Shown one piece after another: positions 49,135-58,266 of a stretch of 64,000 bases of DNA; the first letter of the stretch is position 1; every line of letters begins with the position of its first letter. The position numbers were made by a program, and so were the translations under genes. The notes below the pieces were generated by a model. That model saw only the letters and a list, made by a program, of their open reading frames with translations, ran no database searches and had not been told where the DNA came from. This DNA comes from Geopsychrobacteraceae bacterium. GTDB taxonomy: Bacteria; Desulfobacterota; Desulfuromonadia; Desulfuromonadales; Geopsychrobacteraceae. Where the stretch lies: the NCBI GenBank assembly GCA_963676795.2, contig CAXXTB010000001.1:1344001-1408000 (forward strand). The letters run 5' to 3'.

Positions 49135-50664
49135 ATGGTCGAAAGCTGGGACACCTTAAATCAGAAAGTCCTCGACCTGATGGAACAGGGTAAATTCCAG
49201 GAAGCGCTGGCCGCCGCACAGAAAACGCTGGATGCTGCAATTGCAGAACATGGTGACAGTCATACTTCGGTCGCAGTCAGTATGAATAACCTTGGCACGC
49301 TGCACAATATTGTTGGCAACCTGTGGGATGCCGAGCAGATTTTGGCTCAGGCGGTAGCTGTCACGGAAAAGGCTTATGGTGCAGACTCGCTCGATATGGC
49401 TGATGGGTTGGTCAACCTGGCCAATATTATGATGGATCAGGGCAAGACGGAAGAGGCCCGGCCACAGCTGGAAAGGGCCATATCCATCCTGGAAGATAAT
49501 AAACAGGCATCCGCGCAGCAATTGACCGCAGCTTATAACACGCTAGCCGGGATCCTTATGGGGAACGGCGACAATGACGAAGCCAGGGGGCTGCTTGACA
49601 AGGCTCTGGCAGTCCTTGATAAGCAGGACAGTCAGCAGGTTGTCCGGGCTAAAGGCTCGGTTCTGGAGGCGCTGGCGGGACTGGATAAGAAAGACGGAAA
49701 TATAGAAGCTGCGGAAAAACGTTTTCGCCAGGCAATGACCCTTTATGAAGAGCTTGGCCCGGTCAATCCTCATATCGCCAGAACGCTGATGGAAATCGGC
49801 GATATCTATCAGCTGCGCGGTATGATCGAAGTCGGACTCAAGTTGTCGGAGCAGGCTTCCGAGATTTTCAAGAACACCCTGCCTGCAGGCCATGAAGACA
49901 CGGCTGCCGCGTTGAATCAGCTTGGTCAGATGAACGTTTATGTCGGTCAGCTTGAGGCTGCCGAGAAGGCCTTCAAGGAGGCACTCAAGGATCTGACCAA
50001 GGGTGGTAACAAGAATTCAGCTGCTTACGCCGATGCTCAGAACAATCTCGCTGAATTGCATATCTTCAAGGAAGAATACAAAGAGGCCCAGCCGCTGATC
50101 CAGTCATCCCTTGATGCCAGAACGAAGCGTTATGGTGAAACTCATCCGGCTGTCGCACAGTCTCTGAACAACTACGGTTTGCTCCTGTGTCGTGAAGGGA
50201 AGCTCGACAAGGCGATGGAGAAGTATCGAAAAGCGCTTGCCATCAGGGAAGAGGTTTTCGGTAAGCACCATCCGGCCTTAGTTGAATCTCTGGAAAATAT
50301 TGCTGAAATCTGTAACGCTCAGGGGCAGCTTGACGAAGCTCAGCAGCTGATGGAAAAGGCCGGGAGTATCTGGGCCAGTTTGGGTGATGATGTCCATCCA
50401 GGTGTTGCGAAAACTCATCACCACCTTGGTGTTGTTTACATGATGCAGGGTAAGAACTCAGAAGCGGAGGCCGAATTCCTGATGGCCAAGAAGATTCTTG
50501 AGGGATTTGGTGCTGAAGGCAAGATGCATCTGGTCACTGTTTTCAAGACCCTCTCGATGTTCTATCGGAAGGTGGGGCGTGTTGGCGAAGCCGAAGTGTA
50601 TGCCAACAAGGTTCGTGAAGGGGTCCAGGGTGCCATGCCTGAGGGAGCGCCAACTGTACACTGA
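49135..50664 (+). CDS. Cytoplasmic all-TPR protein (kinesin-light-chain-like repeats)
   Basis: Tandem ~42-aa repeats (HP.VA.SLNN.G.L...G...A....AL.I); no signal peptide. Confidence 0.88.
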   Translation: MVESWDTLNQKVLDLMEQGKFQEALAAAQKTLDAAIAEHGDSHTSVAVSMNNLGTLHNIVGNLWDAEQILAQAVAVTEKAYGADSLDMADGLVNLANIMMDQGKTEEARPQLERAISILEDNKQASAQQLTAAYNTLAGILMGNGDNDEARGLLDKALAVLDKQDSQQVVRAKGSVLEALAGLDKKDGNIEAAEKRFRQAMTLYEELGPVNPHIARTLMEIGDIYQLRGMIEVGLKLSEQASEIFKNTLPAGHEDTAAALNQLGQMNVYVGQLEAAEKAFKEALKDLTKGGNKNSAAYADAQNNLAELHIFKEEYKEAQPLIQSSLDARTKRYGETHPAVAQSLNNYGLLLCREGKLDKAMEKYRKALAIREEVFGKHHPALVESLENIAEICNAQGQLDEAQQLMEKAGSIWASLGDDVHPGVAKTHHHLGVVYMMQGKNSEAEAEFLMAKKILEGFGAEGKMHLVTVFKTLSMFYRKVGRVGEAEVYANKVREGVQGAMPEGAPTVH

Positions 50665-50852
50665 TTTTTAGTACTGTTTGGAGTTGAAAAGAAAATCGGT
50701 AAATCACCTGGATTTTTAAGGCGGTTACACTTTTGTGTTAACCGCCTTTTTTGATAAAATAAGACAATGTTTTATTGCTAACTGTTGAAGGTATATGTTA
50801 CTAATGTAGTCACGAATTGACCTGCCTCTTAAAGGATTTTCAAGGAGATAAT

Positions 50853-52139
50853 ATGGCCAGGATTATCGGTGGCATTGCGACGTCACATTCCCCAACAATC
50901 GGTTTTGCCAAGGACACCAATAAGCAGAACGACCCGGTTTGGAAGCCGATCTTTGAAGGTTACAAGCCGATTCATGATTGGCTCACTGCAAAAAAACCGG
51001 ACGTACTGTTTACAATTTTTAACGACCATATAACCTCTTTTTTCTTTGATCATTACTCCGCTTTTTCTCTTGGGGTTGATGACAGTTATTCTCCGGCCGA
51101 TGAGGGTGGTGGCGCTCGCGAACTTGCGCCGATCAAGGGGCATGCACAGCTGGCCGCTCATATCGGAACGTCCTTGATGGCGGATGAATTCGACATGTCC
51201 TTCTTTCAGAAGAAGTCACTCGATCATGGCTGCTTTTCTCCGTTGTCAGTCCTGTGGGAAGACGTATCTGAATGGCCCTGTTCGATCGTGCCGCTGCAGG
51301 TCGGTGTATTGCAGTTTCCGATCCCCTCGGCGAAACGTTGCTACAAGTTGGGCCAGGCGCTGAGAAAAGCGATTGAAAGCTATCCTGAGGACATCTCTGT
51401 CGCGATTGTCGCTACGGGCGGTCTGTCACATCAGGTCCATGGCGAGCGTTGTGGCTTCAACAATGTTGAATGGGATCACAAGTTCATGGATCTCATTGAA
51501 AAGGATCCAGTCAAGCTGACAGAGGTGACCATTGCCGAATATGCTGAGTGGGGCGGCGTTGAAGGTGCTGAAATCATCATGTGGTTGATCATGCGCGGGG
51601 CGATGGCGTCCAATGCCAGGGTTGTCCACAAGTCCTATTACCTGCCGTCGATGTGCGCGCTGTCAGCGATGATTTTTGAGCACGAACCCGAGCCTTTTAG
51701 TGAACGGGAAATCAACGAACATCTCGAGCATATGAATCACGAGCTCAAAGGGGTTGAAAAGCTTGAGGGGAGTTATCCCTATACCCTGGATCGCAGTTTG
51801 AAGGGGTTCAATATCAACAAGTTTCTGCATAGCCTGGTCATTCCGGAAATCCGTGAAAGATTCCAGCGGGAAGAAGAGGTTATGCTCAGGGAAAGTAATC
51901 TGATGGAAGAAGAACAGGACCTGATTCGCCGGCGTGACTGGCGCGGCATGATCCATTACGGTGCAACGTTCTTTGTTCTGGAAAAGCTCGGAGCAGTTAT
52001 CGGCGTATCGAACCTGCATATCTATGCGGCAATGCGTGGTCAGGAACTGGAGGAATTTCAGAAGACGCGGAATGTCAGTGTTCAGTATTCGGTTGCCGGT
52101 GGAAATTGTGCGAAAGAGATTGACCGCAAGGCAAAGTAA
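50853..52139 (+). CDS. galA: Gallate dioxygenase-like extradiol dioxygenase (LigB domain plus C-terminal LigA-like domain, GalA/DesB type)
   Basis: SHSPTIG, NDH.TSFFFDHYS, LDHG, GGLSHQVHGERCGFNN, FF.LEKLG; AAGGAG RBS; uninterrupted frame. Confidence 0.88.
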   Translation: MARIIGGIATSHSPTIGFAKDTNKQNDPVWKPIFEGYKPIHDWLTAKKPDVLFTIFNDHITSFFFDHYSAFSLGVDDSYSPADEGGGARELAPIKGHAQLAAHIGTSLMADEFDMSFFQKKSLDHGCFSPLSVLWEDVSEWPCSIVPLQVGVLQFPIPSAKRCYKLGQALRKAIESYPEDISVAIVATGGLSHQVHGERCGFNNVEWDHKFMDLIEKDPVKLTEVTIAEYAEWGGVEGAEIIMWLIMRGAMASNARVVHKSYYLPSMCALSAMIFEHEPEPFSEREINEHLEHMNHELKGVEKLEGSYPYTLDRSLKGFNINKFLHSLVIPEIRERFQREEEVMLRESNLMEEEQDLIRRRDWRGMIHYGATFFVLEKLGAVIGVSNLHIYAAMRGQELEEFQKTRNVSVQYSVAGGNCAKEIDRKAK

Positions 52140-52163
52140 ATCTGAATCTTTTCTGAGAGGTTG

Positions 52164-52207
52164 CACAACAAAAAAGCGAACCCGGTGAGGTTCGCTTTTT
52201 TGTTGTG
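52164..52207. terminator. Bidirectional terminator between convergent galA and ubiD-family genes
   Basis: Perfect 19-bp IR CACAACAAAAAAGCGAACC / GGTTCGCTTTTTTGTTGTG. Confidence 0.88.
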
Positions 52208-52219
52208 GTAGCGTTGTGC

Positions 52220-53713
52220 CTAGTTCTTTGGCAGGAAGCGTTCGTAATCGACGTCCATGAAGTTGGAGCGGATGAACTTCTCTTTCATGTGGAACGGAAC
52301 AGTGCAGTCGAAGATCGTTTTGCAGGAAGTACCATGAGCGATAATCGACGGACTGATGCCCAGAGATTGAGACGGATCGAGTGGATGGCAGCGGACCCCC
52401 GGGATGATAATGGTGTCGACATCGCTCTGATAGCGGGTCATCATTGCCCACAGCACGTCGTTGCTGTCGAAGATATCGACATCGTCATCGACCAGAATAA
52501 CCGTTTTCAACTCAGGGAAGGCGGCAAAGGCACAGAGTGCAGCCTGACGTTCGCGTCCCTGGTCGGTCGGAATTCTTTTGCTCATCTGGATAATCGCCAG
52601 CAGTTTGCCGCCACCGGCAGAATGAGCAAAAACATTTTTGACTTTGCCTGGCATCGCGTCGTTGACCGCACTCAGGATGCTGGCCTCGGTCGGGATCCCG
52701 GCCAGGTTGACATGCTCTTCACTGCAGCCGATGGTGGTTTGGCAGATCGGGTTGATGCGGTGGGTGACGGCCTTGACCTTGAAAACCATGACGGCTGGAT
52801 TGGCATCGCCGGTGTAGCCTGGGAACTCAGGCATGGCGAAGCCGGTATTGGAGTTGACGTCCTCGCGAACACGAACGTCGGGGAGCAGCTCGCCTTCGAT
52901 AACGATTTCAGCGTTGGCAATCGATTTTGAGTTGACGGTCAGACAGTCAACCAGTTCAACCGGACGGTTACGGAAGGCGCCGGCAACTTCCAGTTCGTTG
53001 AAACCGATCGGGGTCGCTGGTGGCTCGAAGCAGGCAGCGATGTAGACGGCCGGATCGAGGCCGATGTTGACAGTGATCGGCAGCGGCTTGCCGGCTTTTT
53101 CAGCCTTGGCGCGGAAGACATCGATATGGCGGCCAGGGGAGAAGAAGATTGAGATCTCGTCCTTGCCCTGCAGGCACTGGCGGTGGATGGTAACATCGGC
53201 TTCACCGGTTTCAGGATCTTCAGCGTAGAGCAGACCCATGGTGATGTATGGGCCGGCATCCTGCAGAGTGTTGGTTGGGGCCGGAATCAGCTTGCGTACG
53301 TCGAAGTCAGGATCGGTTGCCTTGTGGACGACTTCCTGGCATTTGGCCTGCCCCTGTGGGATCACGACCGGTGGGATTGGTGCCTGCAGAGCAGCGGTCA
53401 ACTTGTGGCCGAGATCCGCTGCCTCGTAACCCATCAGGTGGGCGACACGCTCGCGGCTGGCAACGACACCTGTGGTAACACGGGCACCCGGATGTCCCTT
53501 GATATTGTTGAAAGTCATCATCGGGCCGATTTTGGTCGGACGCATGGTTGTGCCGGCGGCGCCGATATGTCTGTAGACACCGGACAGTTCGCCCCGTGGA
53601 TCAACTTCTTCATCGGTCTCGATGTACTGGCCAGGAATTCCTTTCAGAAATTCGATGGCGCTGCGAAGGTCATGGATCTCTGCGGCAGTGGTTGGTTTGT
53701 CATTTGTTCCCAT
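52220..53713 (-). CDS. lpdC: UbiD-family prFMN decarboxylase, gallate/protocatechuate (LpdC/AroY) subgroup
   Basis: Subgroup-type N-terminus ELSGVYRHIGAAGT..RPT.IGP; TIHR, EIVIEG, MPEFPGY, CHPLDPS. Confidence 0.85.
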   Translation of the reverse strand: MGTNDKPTTAAEIHDLRSAIEFLKGIPGQYIETDEEVDPRGELSGVYRHIGAAGTTMRPTKIGPMMTFNNIKGHPGARVTTGVVASRERVAHLMGYEAADLGHKLTAALQAPIPPVVIPQGQAKCQEVVHKATDPDFDVRKLIPAPTNTLQDAGPYITMGLLYAEDPETGEADVTIHRQCLQGKDEISIFFSPGRHIDVFRAKAEKAGKPLPITVNIGLDPAVYIAACFEPPATPIGFNELEVAGAFRNRPVELVDCLTVNSKSIANAEIVIEGELLPDVRVREDVNSNTGFAMPEFPGYTGDANPAVMVFKVKAVTHRINPICQTTIGCSEEHVNLAGIPTEASILSAVNDAMPGKVKNVFAHSAGGGKLLAIIQMSKRIPTDQGRERQAALCAFAAFPELKTVILVDDDVDIFDSNDVLWAMMTRYQSDVDTIIIPGVRCHPLDPSQSLGISPSIIAHGTSCKTIFDCTVPFHMKEKFIRSNFMDVDYERFLPKN

Positions 53714-53838
53714 ACTTAGAATCTCCTTTGTTCATGCATTTTGTGTGTGGAACATAAACAGCAAATAAATACTCTACAAAATCCCCCCAGGAAAACACTG
53801 TTTATTAATCAATAGTCATCTGCTCTTCTGGTACAGAT

Positions 53839-54228
53839 TCAGAGTTGTCTTAGCAGTTCGGTAACCAGCTTTCTGACAATCATAACGATCTGACCAATCT
53901 GGTTCTGCGAAGCGTCATCAATATGAATGCCGCACGAGACCGTCACTATGCCGTTTATCTTTTGCGCAATCTGTTCCGCAACCTCGCAGGCGAGACGATC
54001 TTCCTTGTGGCCGCAGACCGTAATCACCGATGTCGATGCACTGATTTTCTGCGGGTCTGCCAGGCTCGGGCGTGGTTGGGCCAGGGCAACGGCTCCGATA
54101 TGGGCACTGTCACCGCCGGACAATGAGACGCAGAGATCGGCACCCTGGCGAATTGCTGTGAGGGTTACCGGAATCTCGGATTTTTCCGAAGTCAGGCTGA
54201 TTGTTGTCGCGGAAGCAGGCATGGTCAT
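53839..54228 (-). CDS. lpdD: LpdD-like accessory protein (prFMN-associated)
   Basis: G.DL.V...GGD..HIGAV, GHKE, V..GIH.D.AS motifs; located between ubiX and the ubiD-family gene. Confidence 0.75.
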   Translation of the reverse strand: MTMPASATTISLTSEKSEIPVTLTAIRQGADLCVSLSGGDSAHIGAVALAQPRPSLADPQKISASTSVITVCGHKEDRLACEVAEQIAQKINGIVTVSCGIHIDDASQNQIGQIVMIVRKLVTELLRQL

Positions 54229-54803
54229 TGTTCCGGGGCCTGCCAGCGTTTGAAGTCGGGCAGATCGATGCCAAATTCGTTGAGAACCTTGCCAACGATA
54301 TGGATTTCCATATCCCTGATCGTCTGCGGTTTGTTGTAATGAGTCATCATTGGTGGCATCAGGATAACGCCCATCGATGCCAGGGTTGACATGTTTCTCA
54401 GGTGGATCTGGTTGAGCGGGGTTTCGCGAACAACGAGGACAAGCTTGCGGCGTTCTTTCAGGGTGACGTCGGCGGCCCGCAGCAGCAGGTTTTCGGAATA
54501 ACCATTGGCAATTCCCGCCGTGGTTTTCATGCTGCAGGGGATAACGACCATCCCTTCGGTTTTGAAGGTGCCGCTGGCAATATTGGCGCCGATATCGTTC
54601 AGATTGTAGACCCGGGTTGCCATAGCTTCGACTTGGGCCAATGTCTCAGGAACTTCCAGCTCGATTGTTCTTTTGGCACCGGAAGAGACAACCAGATGAG
54701 TCTCCCACTCAGGCTGCTGCTGCATCATTTCGAGCAGGACAATCGCCAGGTTGGCACCACTGGCACCACTTAAGCCGACAACAAGTCTTTTCTTTGCTTG
54801 CAT
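54225..54803 (-). CDS. ubiX: Flavin prenyltransferase UbiX (LpdB-like)
   Basis: VG.SGASG, IASG.F, PCSMKT, RAADVTLKERR.LVLV.RETP. Confidence 0.95.
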   Translation of the reverse strand: MQAKKRLVVGLSGASGANLAIVLLEMMQQQPEWETHLVVSSGAKRTIELEVPETLAQVEAMATRVYNLNDIGANIASGTFKTEGMVVIPCSMKTTAGIANGYSENLLLRAADVTLKERRKLVLVVRETPLNQIHLRNMSTLASMGVILMPPMMTHYNKPQTIRDMEIHIVGKVLNEFGIDLPDFKRWQAPEQ

Positions 54804-54951
54804 ATGACAACCTATTGATGAGTCAATCCAGCAATCAGCGAAAGCCCCCCTTCCGTGATAGTTAAAGATTACCAAAAAAACTGAAACGCGCTCAGTGGCG
54901 CCGCCGATATGGAGTGATCTGTTTGTAAAATATCAGGTTTTTCCATAGCGA

Positions 54952-54980
54952 ACTATAGAGACGTTCGTATTGTCAGTCAA
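54952..54980 (-). promoter_or_regulatory. sigma70 promoter of the decarboxylase operon
   Basis: TTGACT-17nt-TATAGT on minus strand. Confidence 0.6.
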
Positions 54981-55069
54981 CAGAAAAGGCTGTTTTTTTA
55001 TAGCCTGCGCTATTTTGAGAGCAGTGTCGGCGATGCAGAATCATTTCAAAACCACTGAAGCAGCGGTTG

Positions 55070-55645
55070 TTATTGCTGTTTGATGAACTTGGCAAGGTAA
55101 GTGTATTCACCCAGTTCCGCTTCGCTTGTTTTTTCGAAACCAAAAGGGCTTATCAGCTCTGCCAGGTCTTCAGCATCGAGTCGTTTACTGATGCCCGGGC
55201 CTGGGCCATCGTCGCGCTTTTTGAATTCGATGATATTGATACTGCCACTCTGCTTGAGCCGGCTGTGCAGATCCTGAATCAGCGCCAACCGGCCATCCAG
55301 GGGCAGATCATGAAGAGCTGTGGCGAGCAGGGCATGATCGACAGATTCCGGCGCGAGCGGCAGCGGCTGACAGATGTTGGTGACTGCGGTCTGAATGTTC
55401 CCGATTCCTTGCTCCTGAATGGTTTCATTCAGGGCATCAATCCCTTCTGGCCAGAGGTCGAGGGCGACAATCCTGAGCTCCGGAAAGGCTGCGGCGAGGG
55501 CGAGGCTGTAACGGCCGACACCACAGGCCAGGTCGACAAGTTGGTCTTGTGGTTGGATATTGAAAAGCGCAAAGGCTTTGTTCTGGTCGATATGATCGAG
55601 GCTGCTTTTTCCGGCTGCAACCGGTTTTTTCTTTTGCTCAGACAT
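55070..55645 (-). CDS. Class I SAM-dependent methyltransferase
   Basis: VDLACGVG motif I, VALD, LK.SG; C-terminal GPG...R. Confidence 0.85.
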   Translation of the reverse strand: MSEQKKKPVAAGKSSLDHIDQNKAFALFNIQPQDQLVDLACGVGRYSLALAAAFPELRIVALDLWPEGIDALNETIQEQGIGNIQTAVTNICQPLPLAPESVDHALLATALHDLPLDGRLALIQDLHSRLKQSGSINIIEFKKRDDGPGPGISKRLDAEDLAELISPFGFEKTSEAELGEYTYLAKFIKQQ

Positions 55646-55745
55646 GTTTACAGGTATCCTCTTGCGGTTGTTGGCATAATGTTTATGCGTCTGTCTGACC
55701 AGTGTCACCGATTTGTGGCCGGCAGGTCAATTGGCGCGAGTTAGA

Positions 55746-55925
55746 TAGTTGCCTCCGGAAACTCCGGAGGGCAACGCGTAAGTTTACAGATCGGAAACGA
55801 GTAATTGTTCGTCATGGCACGGAAATCAAGGGGGTATGCGGAGGCGTAGTACTTTACGCCGCACAAGTAAGTCCGTAGATTGACGCCGCTAAGGCGGAAA
55901 AGGGCCGTTTCCGGATGAAAACCAG
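55746..55925. repeat. Structured MITE/REP-like intergenic element
   Basis: Imperfect terminal IRs (TAGTTGCCTCCGGAAAC / GTTTCCGGATGAAAACCA) and internal hairpins such as GGCGTA...TACGCC. Confidence 0.45.
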
Positions 55926-55954
55926 ATAAATGAACCGTCTGAAAAGGAAGAATC

Positions 55955-56431
55955 ATGGAATTTAATCATTTTGATGATCAGGGACAGGCCATCATGGTCG
56001 ATGTCAGTCATAAGCAGAAAACCATGCGCACGGCGATCGCCCGGGCCAAGGTCAAGATGACCCCCTCATTGTTGCAGAACATCCTCGACGGCAAGATTGT
56101 CAAGGGGGATGTCTTAGGTGTCGCCCGCCTAGCCGGGATTCAGGCCTGTAAAAAGACCTATGAACTGATTCCGCTTTCCCACCCGCTGGCCCTGCATCAT
56201 GCCAGTGTCGATTTCGAGTGTCACCCGGAAAGCGGCGAAGTCATGGTTTTTGCCAAGGTTCGCGCTCATGAACGCACAGGTGTCGAGATGGAAGCGATGG
56301 TCGCCGCATCCCTGGCCGCTCTGACCATCTACGATATGTGCAAGGGAGCCGACAAGAGCATCAGCATCGAGCAGGTCGTCCTGCAGTTCAAAGAGGGCGG
56401 CAAGAGCGGCACCTATCAGCGCGCTGAATAA
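55955..56431 (+). CDS. moaC: Cyclic pyranopterin monophosphate synthase
   Basis: MVDVS.K...R.A.A, KGDVL, LIPL.HP, TGVEMEA, IYDMCK, K.GGKSG. Confidence 0.97.
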   Translation: MEFNHFDDQGQAIMVDVSHKQKTMRTAIARAKVKMTPSLLQNILDGKIVKGDVLGVARLAGIQACKKTYELIPLSHPLALHHASVDFECHPESGEVMVFAKVRAHERTGVEMEAMVAASLAALTIYDMCKGADKSISIEQVVLQFKEGGKSGTYQRAE

Positions 56432-56434
56432 GTT

Positions 56435-57274
56435 CTATAAAGTAAGCTCTGTCCCGACGCTCGCGGCAAAGACCTTTTTGCCGAAACGGCGGGACAGGGC
56501 TTCACTCCCTTCCAGTCCGGTACAGTGTGAGGTACCGATCCGCTCGACCCCCAGCTCCTCAAGCATGTCCATTGTCGCATCCAGCTGCTTCTGGCTGCAG
56601 AACCGCAGGTGAGTTCCGCCCAGCACCATATAGACCTTTTTCGCACCGGTCAGGTTCAGGGCATGGCGGGTGATGTTTATCAGTCCGGCGTGAGCACATC
56701 CGAGCAGGATGACCAACCCTTTTTCCGTTTCGATGAAGAGTGACTGGTCATCGGTCAGGGGATCGCTGCAGCATTGCCCTTTTTGTTTTTCAACCAGCAG
56801 GGTGGCATCCCCGGTTTCGACCTCGCAGGTCCGTGGGATTGTCCCCGACAGGGTGATGCCCGCAGCCAGCTGACGAGGTTCACTGCTGAGATCGAAACGG
56901 GCGCCGATCTCTTCGAGATCTTCACGGCTCCAGGGCATACCGATAGAACGCAGCGTATCGAGTTTGTCGCTGTAACGCGGATAGAAAATATCGGGGTGTG
57001 AGTAGACCGTCAGGGCGGAGCGGTGTTCCAGCAGTCTGTAGAGTCCCCCGACATGATCGTAGTGACCGTGGCTGATAATCACCGCGTCGACATTGCCCAG
57101 GTTGATCCCCATCAGTGCGGCATTGTGCTTCAGAGTCAGGCCGTTGCCGGTGTCAAACAGGATGCTCCGTTCACCATGCTGAATATGGCAGGCGAAACCG
57201 TACTCACCGAGCAGGCCGGATGGGTAAACTTTCTCGACGGTGTTTTCACAGAGAATGGTCAGGGTGGTCGACAT
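56435..57274 (-). CDS. Metallo-beta-lactamase-fold hydrolase (COG1237-like)
   Basis: LFDTG, SHGHYDH.GG, DDQ, GCAH.G, GGTH, HCTG. Confidence 0.88.
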   Translation of the reverse strand: MSTTLTILCENTVEKVYPSGLLGEYGFACHIQHGERSILFDTGNGLTLKHNAALMGINLGNVDAVIISHGHYDHVGGLYRLLEHRSALTVYSHPDIFYPRYSDKLDTLRSIGMPWSREDLEEIGARFDLSSEPRQLAAGITLSGTIPRTCEVETGDATLLVEKQKGQCCSDPLTDDQSLFIETEKGLVILLGCAHAGLINITRHALNLTGAKKVYMVLGGTHLRFCSQKQLDATMDMLEELGVERIGTSHCTGLEGSEALSRRFGKKVFAASVGTELTL

Positions 57275-57289
57275 GTTTTTCTTCTCCAA

Positions 57290-57694
57290 TCAGGCAAAGC
57301 GTGAGTTCAGGGTTTCCAGAATCGGCCGGTCAGCTTCAAGAATATCGTAATTAAAAAGATCTGCAGGAATAACCCAGGCATGGTCGCTGACTTCAAGATG
57401 GCGAATGTTGCCACTGAGCCTGGAACAGAGGAAGGCCATGATCTCGACCTGCCCCCAGTCGTAGCTGTGGCTGACCGTCTGCAGGTGTTCCCTGACCTCT
57501 ATACTGATGTCCAGCTCTTCCTGGAGTTCCCTGATCAACGCCTGCTCGACCGTTTCGTTTGCATCCAGCTTGCCCCCCGGGAATTCCCAGCGGCCACCAT
57601 GAGGCTTGTGATCGGGGCGTTTGGTGATCAGAATTTTCCCATGTTCAACGATAACGGCGGCGCAGACCTGTAGAGAACGCATTTCAGATGACAT
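57290..57694 (-). CDS. NUDIX (d)NTP pyrophosphohydrolase, MutT/NudG-like
   Basis: WEFPGGK...E....AL.REL.EEL Nudix box. Confidence 0.9.
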   Translation of the reverse strand: MSSEMRSLQVCAAVIVEHGKILITKRPDHKPHGGRWEFPGGKLDANETVEQALIRELQEELDISIEVREHLQTVSHSYDWGQVEIMAFLCSRLSGNIRHLEVSDHAWVIPADLFNYDILEADRPILETLNSRFA

Positions 57695-57826
57695 TTTACG
57701 GGCTTCCTTGTGCGGTATGAATCGATTTTTATCCGGGGCATTGTGCTGGATTCGAGGTCCAGATGCCAGAATTTTCTGAAGCTGTAAGCGCCCTGCCATC
57801 AGAAAATGGCAGGCCGGGAGAAGGGG

Positions 57827-58252
57827 TTAACGGTGCAGACTGGCGATCTCTTTGATTTGCTGGACCATCGCCTGCAGGCCGTTGCTGCGCGTCGGACTGA
57901 GATGGCTGAGCAGGTGCAGCTCGGAAAAATAGTTTTCGATATCGAAGTCGCAGGCCTGCTGAGGGCTCTTGTTGTTGTAGGCGGCAAGGACGACGACGAG
58001 CAGTCCCTTGACGATGAAGGCGTCGCTGTCGGCGTTCAGCAAGAGCTTGCCGTCGTCTGTCAGCGAGGCTTCGATCCAGACCTTGCTCTGACAGCCCTTG
58101 ACCAAGCGCTCGCCGCTTTTCTGTTCAGCGGTCATCTCCGGCAGCTGCTTGCCGAGATCGATGATGTATTTGTAGCGATCCTCCCAGCCATCGAAAAAAC
58201 TTAAGGCATCGACGATATCCTCTGCACTGATGGTGGTTCCGAATGGATTCAT
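57827..58252 (-). CDS. sufE: SufE-family sulfur acceptor
   Basis: WEDRYKYIIDLGKQLP, VKGCQS.VW, DSDA.IVKGL, LSPTR.NG. Confidence 0.94.
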   Translation of the reverse strand: MNPFGTTISAEDIVDALSFFDGWEDRYKYIIDLGKQLPEMTAEQKSGERLVKGCQSKVWIEASLTDDGKLLLNADSDAFIVKGLLVVVLAAYNNKSPQQACDFDIENYFSELHLLSHLSPTRSNGLQAMVQQIKEIASLHR

Positions 58253-58266
58253 GCTGTTGCTGCTCC

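Noticed and set aside
52220..54803. ubiD/ubiX as quinone-biosynthesis genes
   Set aside because: N-terminal motif of the LpdC/AroY subgroup, an LpdD-like gene and the catabolic context argue for aromatic-acid decarboxylation
55746..55950. Possible Moco riboswitch upstream of moaC
   Set aside because: I could not match the Moco RNA motif by eye; terminal inverted repeats fit a dispersed repeat better; an Infernal search would settle it
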